Origin: Podarcis cretensis
Taxonomy: Eukaryota
Length of the DNA: 64,000 bases
Direction of reading: 5' to 3'
Assembly (NCBI GenBank): GCA_951804945.1
Contig: OX638153.1
Span: 51,398,001 to 51,462,000, forward strand
The notes beneath the pieces were generated by a model. The model did no database searches, was not told the DNA's origin, and was given only the letters and a program-made list of their open reading frames with translations. Positions 47,501 through 58,157 of the stretch are shown here, piece after piece. Made by a program: the position numbers and the translations under genes. Position 1 is the stretch's first letter, and every line of letters begins with the position of its first letter.

Positions 47501-48744
47501 TAGCGGCCCAGGCGATGCCAACCAAGTCGTTGGCCAAGAAGAAGCTAGGGCACAGGCAGCTAGGACCATACCAGGTGGAGGCTAAGATCAACCCCGTGGC
47601 TTTTCGACTGGCCCTCCCCGAAGGTTCCAGAGTCCACCCGGTTTTTCATAAGTCGGTGCTCACTCCCTACAAGGCCCCGCACAGGTTTCAGGAGTCTGAA
47701 ACAGTACCGCAGCCACGCACAGAGTCACCTAGGAGGGAGGGATCGCCTAGGGTCGAACCACTCAACGAGGTCACAGAGATCCTGGACTCGAGATGGGGGG
47801 AAGAGGGAATAGAATACTTTCTAGTCAGAGAGGGTGCACCAGTCAGTGCCAGTGGGTGGGTGCCGGACTACGCTTTAGACGAACCTCTTTTAAAGGACGA
47901 GTTCCATGCCCTTTTCCCACATAGACCCATGCCAGCCGAGTACTTCGATGACTGGCTCTTTACCCCCACATGTTCAGGCAGCACTTTCCACGGCTTTTCT
48001 TCAGCCGAGGAAAGAACGCCGAACTCAAACTCGCCCAGGGGATCGTGTTCGGGGGTGGACACAGAGCCCTCTTATTGGTGGGATGAGCAACCAGAGGAAG
48101 CCTGGCGCAAGAAATGGCTGAAGGGGCCTTGGCCGGCAGCACCAGACGAAGTAGCAATGGAAGAGGGAACTGCGAACATTTTGGGTGAAGAACCCGAATT
48201 CGAACACACGTACACCGAGCTGCCAGCAGAGGTCACGGACGTAGCCGAACTGTATCCTGCATCTACCTCCGAGGAGCTGCAGTTTCCACAACCCGCACCC
48301 GATGGGGGGGAGGGGGGAAGGGGGGGCTTCGAGGGGGGGATGGATGTCAGGGGTTCAGGGAGAGAGGCGCAGAGGAGGGAGGAGACCGAGAGTGAGGGAG
48401 AAGGATTCCAGCCTGACGAGGAAGAGGACGACAATGACCCGAGGTGGTCCATGAGTCCGTCCAGTGAATCGGAGGATTCCCAAAAGGGAGCCCCCCTGGT
48501 CAAGCCAAGGGGAGCCCAAGGGGGAAGCAGTCAGGAGCAGGGGAACGTAGGGGGAACCGCCAGTGGGAGTTGGAGATCGAGACCTGCTTCTCCACCGGAA
48601 CGGAGTGAAGAGGGTGGAGTTACCAGTGTGTCGGGAGGAACAGAACAAGGAGCAGAGGGGGGAAGGAGATCGGGGCAGGAGATCGGGGCAAGACGCCCTG
48701 CCGGAAGGGGCGGAAAGCAGTACCGGGAGCAGTGTGGCTGTTGA
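44467..48744 (+). CDS. pol: Retrotransposon Pol (PR-RT-RNaseH-IN-chromodomain plus an extension into the LTR), expressed as Gag-Pol
   Basis: Protease IDSGS; RT KLDLRGAY, MPFGL, FLDDILIFS; RNase H TDAS, DRELLA, TDHKNL, ADALSR; integrase HHCC, LDFVTDLP, SDRGRQF, HPQTNGQAERVN, GPY; chromo-like EVTEILDSR. No internal stops; the frame runs 400 nt into the 3' LTR. Confidence 0.96.
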   Translation, partial: RQCLAGSRAAGAQPGESVEQSPALLQRTDPLPPKPAVQLTATLQLPNGTTLEVPITIDSGSNADFVGTHFVKQHRIALLPATTPLNVVTVDGRKLLGGQVVQQTPPMVMRIGNHREVISFNVTRLSDTPIVLGMSWLERHSPAVAWYQRQITFCSSYCAQHCIQSSQEEGAEQQLQLGMVQAVPRKYEGFLEVFCEKEADQLPPHRPYDCAIDLVPGAQLPTAKLYSMSEDEMQELREFIEHNLKRGFIRESKAVGGSPVFFVKKKDTPQKRLIVDYRFINSKTKPKAFPMPKIDDLLATVRKGKIFTKLDLRGAYNLIRIREGDEWKTAMFTPLGTYEYRVMPFGLQNGSHVFQAFMHHVLAGLLYKKCVCFLDDILIFSETEEAHEKDVKEVLQRLRENKLYAKLEKCQFDVTEVDFLGYKLSDKGLAMDSAKVRAVLDWKSPRNRKEVQRFIGFANFYRKFIRGFAKETAAITDTLSSKKKRFVWTEQAERSFQKLKSLFASEEQLLHVNPGKPIRVETDASDRAVGAVLLQEDPHGNWRPGAFYSRKLSKAEQNYTIWDRELLAIHAAFKAWRHFLIGAKHTVQVRTDHKNLEYWRTAKLQSQRHMRWAEFFADFDFRIEYVPGDSNVIADALSRKPQYLEEAAPIAARHIFAPQAWACAAIAVDLDAVRRALQVDQFAQSKIEELRRGSLRDDEFQLRDGLLTHKGALYVPSDELRAKVLQQLHDAPSAGHFGREKTIELVARDFWWPQMRGEVAEYVARCDTCQRSKPVHQKPAGLLEPLETPQQPWERVALDFVTDLPSSRGKTAVLVVVDLFTKMAHFIPCAKVATAEQTAKLFIDHVFRAHGLPRAILSDRGRQFISNFWQKLLGILRVKINLASARHPQTNGQAERVNAIMQQYLRCYANQRPTAWVDYLPMAEFAYNNTKHASTGVTPFFANNGRHPRTFPGFVAPREGEPQEADQFAAELQEVHEELRRHLELAKQAYKVQADKGRRVGEDIQVGDWVWLAAQAMPTKSLAKKKLGHRQLGPYQVEAKINPVAFRLALPEGSRVHPVFHKSVLTPYKAPHRFQESETVPQPRTESPRREGSPRVEPLNEVTEILDSRWGEEGIEYFLVREGAPVSASGWVPDYALDEPLLKDEFHALFPHRPMPAEYFDDWLFTPTCSGSTFHGFSSAEERTPNSNSPRGSCSGVDTEPSYWWDEQPEEAWRKKWLKGPWPAAPDEVAMEEGTANILGEEPEFEHTYTELPAEVTDVAELYPASTSEELQFPQPAPDGGEGGRGGFEGGMDVRGSGREAQRREETESEGEGFQPDEEEDDNDPRWSMSPSSESEDSQKGAPLVKPRGAQGGSSQEQGNVGGTASGSWRSRPASPPERSEEGGVTSVSGGTEQGAEGGRRSGQEIGARRPAGRGGKQYREQCGC
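48301..48344 (+). promoter_or_regulatory. Polypurine tract region
   Basis: G-runs ending GAGGGGGGGATGGA immediately before the 3' LTR TG; translated in the pol frame as DGGEGGRGGFEGGM. Confidence 0.9.
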
Positions 48745-49141
48745 AAGGAAGGTCAGGAGCAACGTACGCGCGCCAAGTTCAAATGTGGAGGCGCGCGGAA
48801 GTGGGGAGAGCTCTGGGGAGGAGCCTGGTGCTAAAGCACGAAGGAGGGGGCAGCAGGCAGGAGAAGACTCAGCCTCTGGGGAGTCCCGGAAAGAGGGAAC
48901 ACAGGGGGGCAGGAAGACCCTGCGGAAAAGGAAGGAGAGGAAAAGGTGGAGCAGCACAAGCCTCTTAAATTGGTGCAGGGGAGGGACGGACTCAGAGGGG
49001 ACTTCTAACATCTAAGGGTAACAGATGTGGAGCCACGGAGTTTGGATGTAATGACGACAATGATCTTCAATAAAACCTTTTGTATATAACTTGGACTGGA
49101 TTATGGTCTCTTGTGAGCTGGGACCCAGGGTGGCTCTGACA
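48345..49141 (+). repeat. 3' LTR (797 bp, with tandem duplication AGGAGATCGGGGC at 48664-48689)
   Basis: Direct repeat of the 5' LTR, preceded by a polypurine tract. Confidence 0.97.
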
Positions 49142-49168
49142 ATTGCTATTTTAGAAAAGTTTTTTTTT

Positions 49169-49174
49169 AATAAA
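49169..49174 (+). terminator. Candidate distal poly(A) signal of AFAP1L2, now separated from the UTR by the Gypsy insertion
   Basis: AATAAA after a T-run, 27 nt beyond the 3' LTR. The left flank of the insertion is also U-rich and carries a TGTA motif. Confidence 0.4.
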
Positions 49175-51657
49175 GAAAAAGGTTGGCTATAATCTAAGTG
49201 TGCATGTAAAAATCATTACATAGTCCAAAAAACAAGAGAGAAAAAACCAAATGTTTAACTTTGCAGGCCCATATACAGCCAAACCTTTTTGCTGTGTGGG
49301 CATGTTAACATAATCCAAAACTCTCTTTGATGAAAATAAATACTCTCTGGGAGTTCAAAAAGGAGGACGGAAAAACGCCCTTTTGTCCACTGGGGGGCCC
49401 TCTTAGAATAGAAAGCAAGTAGAAGCTGCTGCTGTTTTGTGTAGAAAGGCCAGACTTATCTTTTACACAAAATTTCCCCTAATAAAAAACACTTCTCATC
49501 CAGCTTGCTCTGAAGGCTTGATTAAGCAGCCCAGGGAGGGAGCAGCCTACTGCAAACCTCAGGTTAAGAGAAAATTGCACAAACTCTTCTGATTACAAAA
49601 CTCCAGCAGAGAAGCAAACTTTAGTGTCCATTTGCGGCTATGAAGAAACATCAAGCCTACTTGCAATCAGTGTTGGATGCTGTACATGCTGGGGAAAAGG
49701 AACTGTTGCAAGGGAAGGCTGAGCGCTGGAATGTCTTACAACTCCCAAGATGGGCAAAACTGGGTGCAGATGCTGCCTCAGATTTTCACCTTGTTCTAAA
49801 TATTTTTGGGTGCCTACTGTTTCATCATTTTAGATAGGTTTGCTAGTGATGGATGCAATCTTAGCACTCTGAAATTTACTCTTTATTTTCAACCATTTTG
49901 ACTTTCCTATCTGCCTCAGTAGGAGAGCCAATATAATCAAAATGGGTGGATGCCCAACCTTAGTCAGAGTAGATCCAATGAAATAAATGGATTTTAGCCT
50001 GCTGCTTTCAGTTTGTCTATTCATACGGCATAAACTTTTTAAAAAAGGTATAATAAAAACACAAACAACACTACAGTGCAGGAAGGTTGGAATGGCATAT
50101 AAGGGCACTGGGAGCAGAGTGGTGAAACTTGTCTTCGTACCTTGTTTGAATAGCTCAGCTGTGTCTATATTCCCTCTGCTCAGCTGTCCCAATATCTGCA
50201 GATAAACAAAAATACATTCCAAGAACTGAAAGCTACCCCTGCACTAGAGAACGAAACCTACTTCAGAAACCTTACATGTTTATATCCTTAACACAGATAA
50301 AATGTGGTAGGGCTGCAACTGGCAAAACTAAGAGCACTGCTTCAGCGAGATAAATAGAAAACTGATATGGATTTGGTGGTATAACAAACAAACAAACAAA
50401 ACCCTCAATCCAGTAGATTCAACAGTTCAAAACAGCTTTATACCCATCTTAACCTCATACCCAACTCCTCTTATTACTGATCAGGATTTTCCCAAGTTAT
50501 TTTTCACATTATGTTACTGCACGATGGAATGGCATAACTAAATGAAGCTGGTGCAGAAAGTCAAAGGCTTATTAAATATTGCAACAGGTGAGCTGCTGAT
50601 GTGGTGCTTTAGAACTGCAAAATGCTTGTCAGGCCCAATTTAACAAGTTTTCTTCCTACAGACAGAAGATGCAGAGCGAAAAACAAGCAAACAACAACAT
50701 ACAGAGGACAACACAGAAAAGAATTGAGCATGGCACATGTACTGGGTGTTGGTTGTACCACAAGCGACGTACAACCAATAACCAGAGCTAGCCAACAGAT
50801 TGCTTTTGCAAGCACAGGCTGCATGCTGCAAAGGAAGCCATTCCTAATAAAGTGATGAGGTGGTCCTGTTTTTCTAAATAGTTGCACACTGTTTAGTCAA
50901 ACTGATAGAATTTATTGCAAAAGGATTCTTGCAGCCAGTGGATTGGGAAGCTTGAAAATGGATTAGAAAAATTAATTGGAGAAAATGAGCCACCCTCATT
51001 TCCTCCACCTCAATCCAGGGGCGGCAATTTAGCTGTGAGTGGACTTCATTCTGAGTTGGGATGTCAGACACAGAAGGAAAGTGCCTTTGGAGGGGGCTTC
51101 GCTGTGAAGATCCAATGGGGGAGCAGTGGACTTTGGCTATATATTAGAGTTTAAGGCTTAAACTTAAAGCTATCACATTTTTTTAACCTGCATATTTGTA
51201 AATAAATTCAAATAATTAAAAGAAGGCATAAGCCTCCAGTGACCTCCTTCCCAAGGAAACCAAACCCAAGTAAGCACTGCATGCCTGGAACTTCTCGATG
51301 GTCAGGGAAATTCAGGCATCTGTAAACAATATAAATCAAACCTTAGTCATTTTGCTGGTTTCATCTGAACTTTAAAATGGTACCAACTTTCCCAAGAATG
51401 TCCAATCCAGTACAGAAACCAAAATCTTCAGAGCTATGGAACTCACCATACAGAAGAGACGCTGACCTTAAATGGTGAAAGTGTCAGTACAGCAACAATA
51501 AATAATATCAACACAAACTAGATATTGGTCACCTCATTTGGCGTACCAGGAAGTGATTCTGTGCAAAACTCCTGTGCTTTGGGGAACAGCATTATTGCTT
51601 GCAAACGTTGACTGTGTTTCAGTTCTTTCATATAATGTTTTCAGTAGCTGAAGATAG

Positions 51658-51785
51658 TCAGTGAGTCTCTGGAATTTGCCTTTTGGAATGCTTGCGAGAT
51701 CGATACGGCTGTTGCCAGCCGCGTCGGTTTTGTGGAGCACGGACCATGGCTGGATGCATCTGTGAAGTGTCACCCCTCTGAATTC
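51658..51785 (-). CDS. VWA2: VWA2 final coding exon (RGD-containing basic tail)
   Basis: tatag|GA acceptor in phase. Encodes RIQRGDTSQMHPAMVRAPQNRRGWQQPYRSRKHSKRQIPETH*. Confidence 0.85.
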
Positions 51786-52941
51786 CTATATTAAAAATAA
51801 AGAATGATTGTTTCCCAGAGCAAACAGTCAAATATGGTTTTCCTACATACAAAAATAAAACATGAATTTTAAATGAAGCCTTTTCATTTTTCCAACAGGT
51901 TGAAATGAGGCCTACAAATGAGTCTGTAGCTCTGTAGTGAAGTTGCTTCACTTAGTCCATTGACAACCTAGCAGGGACCGAAAAGGTCAACTTCAGCTAT
52001 ATATCAGTTAACTCTTTCATCATTAAGACTATCCATATTATGGCTCCTCCCAACACCCAAAGATTTCACAAGTATATTTTCCAATGAGGTAAGGTCTTGT
52101 TTGCACTACCGATTATTAAGGTTTCTTCAGCAAACAAGTTCCATTTATCATGCTTCTAGCAATTTAGTAATACAACGCAGGGAATATTGCAAGGGGTAAG
52201 TTATGAGATCAAAAAGGAATCCCAGAAAACAATGACGTTTTTACAGATAAAGATATGTGGGAGTGGAAGCAAATATGTGAGTATTCTTCTCTTTTGGTAT
52301 TTGGTCTCAAGCATCCTAAAGGATGTCAGGGGCACCTTGACTGGTGGATGCAACCTGCTTTGTGAGGTTGGTGTCATCTGTGCAGCAAGAAGGACATGCT
52401 CAAAGCGCCAACCTCATAGGAAGACAATTGTAGGCCTCCTCCTATGCTTTCTGATCCTTCCAAATAGGTCAATGCAGAAAAGAGGCAAAGCACATGCAGA
52501 GCGCCTCTTGTTCAGCAAAACAAATACAGTGCGCACTACATGCTAGGTTGTTCTGCTTTTGCTGTAACAAGCTGACTCTTTTGGAATGAGATCCAACAAG
52601 ATCTTAGTGAAAGAGTGTGCCAATTAAACCTAAGAAATATATGGGTTTAAGAAGATTGCAGTGAGTCATTTAAGATTAGTATTTGTGAAGAGAACAAGCC
52701 AAAAGTACATTTACCAGTCAACCGTAAAATTTGATAATATGAAGCTTGTTTAATTTCCCCACCCTCCCTTTTTCAGCATACTTTTAGGAATGTGATCTAA
52801 ATGAAAATGAATTGACTTTATCTGGGGCAAAGGTACGGAGCAAGTGGATTCTTCAGGGATCATTTGTTTCAGATGGAGACAATGAATCTAAATGAGGGAG
52901 GAGGCCTAAATGCCTTTTGGCTACTGTACTTTGATGCTTAC

Positions 52942-53064
52942 TGTTTTCACAGTGAGGTCCTACCCAGCCTTGGCACCGACACCAGTAGCTGCCATTTCCA
53001 GAAACACAAACTCCATCATTCATGCAGGGGTTGGGTTTGCAGACGTTTGCTGGCTTCTTGGCCT
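52942..53064 (-). CDS. VWA2: VWA2 exon (EGF-like domain 2)
   Basis: tgcag|AG...AACA|gtaagc, 123 nt. Encodes AKKPANVCKPNPCMNDGVCVSGNGSYWCRCQGWVGPHCEN. Confidence 0.95.
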
Positions 53065-54392
53065 CTGCAACAGACAAAAGAAAACAACAAGTCATGTTGA
53101 CTGGCAGGCGCAAGAAGAAAGAAAGAAATCTAAGCTTTCTTAATGCCGCAGGATTCCAGTTGTTCTGTGGAGATGGAAATCAGTGAACACATCTCCTGGT
53201 ACTGCAGAAACGCCTTACAGCCTTAGAAGAGGGAAAGTCTCACACCTAGGACAAAGCTATACATTGAGTGCATTACTTAAATTTCACACAGCCAAAATCA
53301 CAGCTGAAACTTTTTTGCTGGAATTAGGGATGCCAGCATCCTGCTCCAGAACTTTCTACAGACCCTCCTCAACTCACAATTACTGTTCCTGGTCCCCATT
53401 TGTGCCATCACATGCCCTTCCTTCACACACAGGATCTGACAGTACATCACCTTACCAATCATTAAATAAATGACTAAGCTGCAGCTCTTCAAAGACTACA
53501 AGTTCAGTCTCATCTTGAGTTGTTTTGTAAACAAAGCACACTAGCCCGTGAAAGACCAGCTAGTCCTTTTGCCATTTACCACAAGCAAGCCCTGTTTGAT
53601 GTGTTAAGAATACGCACTAATCTTGGATGAACAATGGCTTAAAAGGTGAAACAGATAATCAGACACATGGCAAATACTGATTTGAAGATGGTTTAAACTA
53701 AACACGAAGGGTAAGAAGTGTTTAATGTGGCTTCTTTTCAACTTCAACGAAGGGGGGGTTAGGCATATGTGGTTGTTAGGTAGTGCTGAAGCATAGATCT
53801 TATTTTTCTTCTTCTTTTTCTCAGAAGTATGCTTACATCAGAAAAGGTAGCCCTGAAATCCATTGGCATTTCAAATTCAAGAACTAAATATGGCTCAAGT
53901 TTGGAAATGTCCAGACTAGCACTGTAATTTTATTGCACTGATGTTTCAAGTAATGTACTTTACTGGTACTTGATATGTACAATGCACTTCTAATTCACTG
54001 TAAATTGATATTTAGCCAGCCCCTTCGGACACTTGATATTGGTGATAAACCAAGAAACAAATGTGAATTCTAAAAAATAATAATATATGATTTATTATGA
54101 TAGAAGTGACAAGCCTGTAGTCCTTCCAGATGTTAAGACTCCAACTCCCATCACCCTGAACCATCACAAATTGAATACTGGGAGCTGTAGCCCAATAACA
54201 TCTGGAAGATTGCAGGTTAGCAACCCATGGCTTATGGGCATATGCAGGGGGAAAAGGGCTGGCTCCAGGTTACACTGGGCAAAGGGTTATGCAAAATAAT
54301 AATAAAATGAAGGAAGGTATTAATAAAGAAATGTGGTTTTATTCTATTCATTGTAGACAGATACAACCCTAAAGTCAAAATAATCATCTTAC

Positions 54393-54944
54393 CATCACAT
54401 ATTCTTTCAAGGATAAGTTCTTCATTATTTTTTAGCTCTTCATAGGAAGGAATCCTCAAGAGATTATTGTGAGAACCTGCAATCCTCAGTAATGAGCTCA
54501 CTTGAACTTGTTCCAACCCAATAACCAGTAGCGATACATCATTATTACGTAGCTGTTGAGCTGGGACAACGGCATCCTCCACTCCAGCTCCACTTGTGAC
54601 CACCACCACAATCTTCTTCACACCAGGCCTCGCTCCTTTTTGGACAGTCATGAGATCGTCATAAATATGGAGCAAGGAGCTGCCAACTGAGGCAGAGCCA
54701 CCTACAAAGGGAGCTTGACTGATGGCTTCATGGAGATCTGAGCTGGTCACGTGTGTCTCCAGCCCAAACGTGGTGTGAGGCCTTTTCCCAAAGACAACAA
54801 GGCCTACCTGAGTCACATCCCGATTGATGTCAAATTGGAGAGAGAGGCTGCTGACAAAGGTTTTCAGCTGCACAAAGTTATTTCTTCCAACAGAAGCTGA
54901 AGAGTCCAAAGCAAATACCAAGTCCATAGACTGAGATGGGCAGC
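54393..54944 (-). CDS. VWA2: VWA2 exon (VWA domain 3)
   Basis: cttag|GC...GATG|gtaaga, 552 nt. Encodes CPSQSMDLVFALDSSASVGRNNF...VMTVQKGARPGV-like segment...ILERICD. Confidence 0.96.
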
Positions 54945-55425
54945 CTAAGGAAGGAAGGAAGAAAGGAAGGAGCAGCATTAAGCTTCTGAGAACATGGCTC
55001 AATAGTCTGAATAGCTGGAAGGCATCTAAAACACAGTCAAATGAAAGGGAATGGTATTTGCATAAGGTCATATAGACATTAGTTTGGGCTAAATTTAGAA
55101 AGGCAGGAGTCTTAGAACAGCAGATTTCTTTCGAATTGTAAAAATTAAACGGCACTGAGCAAGCAGTAAGGTGAGGCAAAGCCAGTGCTAGAATATTGGA
55201 TCACATTCAAGTTCCTGCTTGGTTCTGAGGCTCACCAAGGTGAGCTTGGACCAGCGACCACCACTCAGTCTAACCTACCTCACAGGGCTGTTGTTAGAAT
55301 TAAAATGTATGCCAGCCTGAAGCCACTGAAGGAAGGGAGGGAGAAAAATTTAACAAATATCAGAATAAACCCAACATTTAGTTCATTTCTAAATAGCTCA
55401 GTCAAACTAAAACAATCTTCTAAAT

Positions 55426-55562
55426 CAGGCATTCCCCAAACTCGGCCCTCCAGATGTTTTGGGACTACAACTCCCAGCATCCCTAGCTAACAGGACCAGT
55501 GGTCAGGGACGATGGGAACTGTAGTCCCAAAACATCTGGAGGGCCGAGTTTGGGGATGCCTG
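55426..55562. mobile_element. hAT-type palindromic MITE
   Basis: Near-perfect palindrome CAGGCATTCCCCAAACTCGGCCC...GGGCCGAGTTTGGGGATGCCTG, TSD TTCTAAAT/TTCTAATT. Confidence 0.9.
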
Positions 55563-56316
55563 TTCTAATTAGTTAACTCATAATTTGCTTAGAAAAACTA
55601 TAGACGTTTCATCATCTTAGAAGGTATAGATAAAGATCTGAATCAATTCCCTCTGATCAGCAAAGGCCATGGAAGCATTCACTAGCACCACCTTCTCAGA
55701 ATTTGTTCTGAAGAAAAGCTCAGCTAAGCCTCTGAGATGGCTTAGCAAATAGCAGATATCCATTTTGATTGCAGGCAACTAGACTTGATTAACTGCTGAG
55801 AAGTGATGCCTTTTGTTCCCATTTTCCATCATACATCTTCAAGTATGTATCAGAATATACCAGTGCCTCTTTAAGTCATACATGCAGGTACTGATTTATG
55901 GACACAGCGTGTTCCCAGGAAATTGTTTGTTAGGCAAGTGGTCACATAAACAAGTCCACGATTTCTATTATTTCCTATGGAAACACTTCCAATGTGCAAT
56001 TTGTCCACTCTTTTCATAGTTTTGTCAGATTTTTTCCTGGCCCCGGATTCATCTGATCTGGCTTTTCCTTCCCTCTCTCCATAGCTCCTGCCTGAAAATA
56101 GCTGCTGGGATGATGACCAGCAAATCACAAACAAAAAACCCAAACCGAGTAAGGAAATTGGCTGTTCGAACAAGTGAATCTGTGAGGTTTGGGCAGAATT
56201 CTTTAAGCGCAGATAAGTGAATTTCTGGATAGCAAGTATGTGGATAGCAGGACCTGACAGCCAATAGTAGATGCTGAGATGCCAAATGATAATGTTTTCT
56301 TACCTAGAACCCTTAC

Positions 56317-56895
56317 CTTGGCTGTCTATGCTGCATATTTTCCTTTGTAGTTCAGGAATCTTGTTGAAGAGATCTTGTGGGGATGAGTAGATCAGTGTCC
56401 ACTTTGGATTCCCTGTAATATTATCCAGCTCTGCTTTCAAAGATTCGCTGCCAATTCCAATGAGGAAGACATCTTGGCCTCTGCTGTACTTAGCTGCCTC
56501 TGCCACTGAATCCTGAGCATTTGAATCCGTGAGCAAGACGACCACACGTGGGAGGTCATCGGGTGTATCAGCAAAGACTGGGCCGCTCTTAAAGCCATGC
56601 TGTGTAACGTACCGCAAAGCTTTGCCAGTCAAGGTGCTTCCTCCTCTGAACTGCATGGAATCAACAGCCTTCACCAGACTGAGTGCATCTTGGTGGTCTC
56701 CAATGCCGACGGCCATTTTGACATCGTTGCTGTACTGGGCCACACCCACATTCCCTGGGCTCTCTCTACTCCACACGGCTTGGAGAAACCTTTTCAGGAA
56801 AGCTTTATAGCGCAAGAAGCCTTCGAGGGTGGTACTGGATGAACTGTCCACCAGGAAAAGGAGGTCTACGCCGCATTCTAGACTCAGCTTGGGTG
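56317..56895 (-). CDS. VWA2: VWA2 exon (VWA domain 2)
   Basis: tccag|CA...CAAG|gtaagg, 579 nt. Encodes PKLSLECGVDLLFLVDSSSST (DxSxS)...VVVLLTDS...KIPELQRKICS. Confidence 0.96.
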
Positions 56896-56932
56896 CTGGA
56901 AATTTTGTTTAAAAGTATTAAGAAAGGGTTAA

Positions 56933-57033
56933 AGGTAAAGGTAAAGGTACCCCTGCCCGTACGGGCCAGTCTTGACAGACTCTGGGGTTGTGCGCCCATC
57001 TCACTTAAGAGGCCAGGGGCCAGCGCTGTCCGG
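56933..57033 (-). mobile_element. 5'-truncated Sauria SINE 3' end
   Basis: (AAAGGT)n on + is an (ACCTTT)n tail on -; TSD AGGGTTAA at 56925-32 and 57034-41. Confidence 0.85.
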
Positions 57034-58157
57034 AGGGTTAAGAAGTCCAAATAAAAATGTAACAAGAAGTTTCTAATAGAGAGTCTAGAGTAGCCTGTTG
57101 AAATCAGTAAGCTATGATAATTTAGGTTTGCCAACTTTTAATTACAGTAACATTCACCCCAGGCCACAGAAGGATCTATCCACAGTGCAAAGTGTGCAGA
57201 ATCATGAGCCTTGCTCCCAATCTCACTCTGAGCAGAATCTGCAGAAGCAATTAACAAATGAAGAGCCACTAAGGACTCAGCTACATTATAGTTGTTTTAA
57301 AAGTGTTTTAAAAGTGTTGTGACACCAGATGGCACTGTAGAGTTCCGTCTTTTGCCAACATGATTTCCCATTATGAGGTTCACAATGCGTTTTCTTGAAA
57401 CCTTTTTTTGAAGGGCCTTAGATCCAGCCTACGATATGCAACCAGAAATGAATTGCTTGATCCATGTCTTCATACAAATTCCTAGCAAAAATAACACTTG
57501 CTCTCCATAACAATATTCCATGTATAGAGCCAATTCAAGAGCGGCCTGCAATTTTGAATGCTGCACTTCCTTTTAACAGCCTCCCCAATTATTTGATGTT
57601 TGCTGCCTTTTGCAGACATGCCAACTCTTTGGGTGTGGAGAAATAAGCAGCAACGACAGGTTGGCTGCAAAGACATAAAGCAAAGCTAACAGCACTATCT
57701 TATACATGTCTGCTCAGAAATACGTTCCAGTGAGTGTAATTGGGCTTGTTTCCAGGAAGACTGGCTTATAATTGACACCAGGCAGGCGCCTTCACGGTAC
57801 TCTTTTTGGTGACTGCTAAAAACATTTTTGTTTAGGCAAGCCAATCCAGACATATAAACATGTTTTAATCTGGTTTTTAGCGTTGCATTGATTGTAATTA
57901 TTTTTTTTAACAATTTAAAGATTTGTTTTTAACTGATAATTTTAATGTTTTCACAAACAATTTCAAGGTTTTCTTGCAAGCAAATTTTGTGTGTGTGTGT
58001 GTGTAAATAAATAATTAATTGCAGCCTGAATGTCCTGAAATTGTCATCAAGAACCTTCAGGTCCTTTTCCTAAATACACTAACATGGAAGTAATTCCCCT
58101 TAACCTAAATGGGACCTATTTCCCAGTGAATGTGATTAAGATTACAGCTTTCACCGT

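Larger units (their letters stand above)
42599..49141 (+). mobile_element. Full-length young Ty3/Gypsy chromovirus (sushi/Tf1-like) LTR retrotransposon
   Basis: Two LTRs bounded by TGTCAG...CTGACA, identical by eye except a 13-bp duplication. Open gag and pol with PR-RT-RH-IN-chromo order, PPT, self-priming PBS, no env. Confidence 0.98.

Noticed and set aside
43445-48744. Domesticated PEG10/RTL-like host gene
   Set aside because: Near-identical LTRs, PBS, PPT and complete RT/RH/IN indicate a recent mobile element rather than a domesticated gene.
48072-49011. Antisense ORFs across the LTRs and pol (143-218 aa)
   Set aside because: These are Ser/Pro/Leu-rich shadows of a purine-rich sense strand, with no motifs or independent signals.
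56298-56316. Second donor TAG|GTAAGA 13 nt past the VWA2 domain-2 exon end
   Set aside because: It would shift the frame, and the proximal donor already gives the correct phase.
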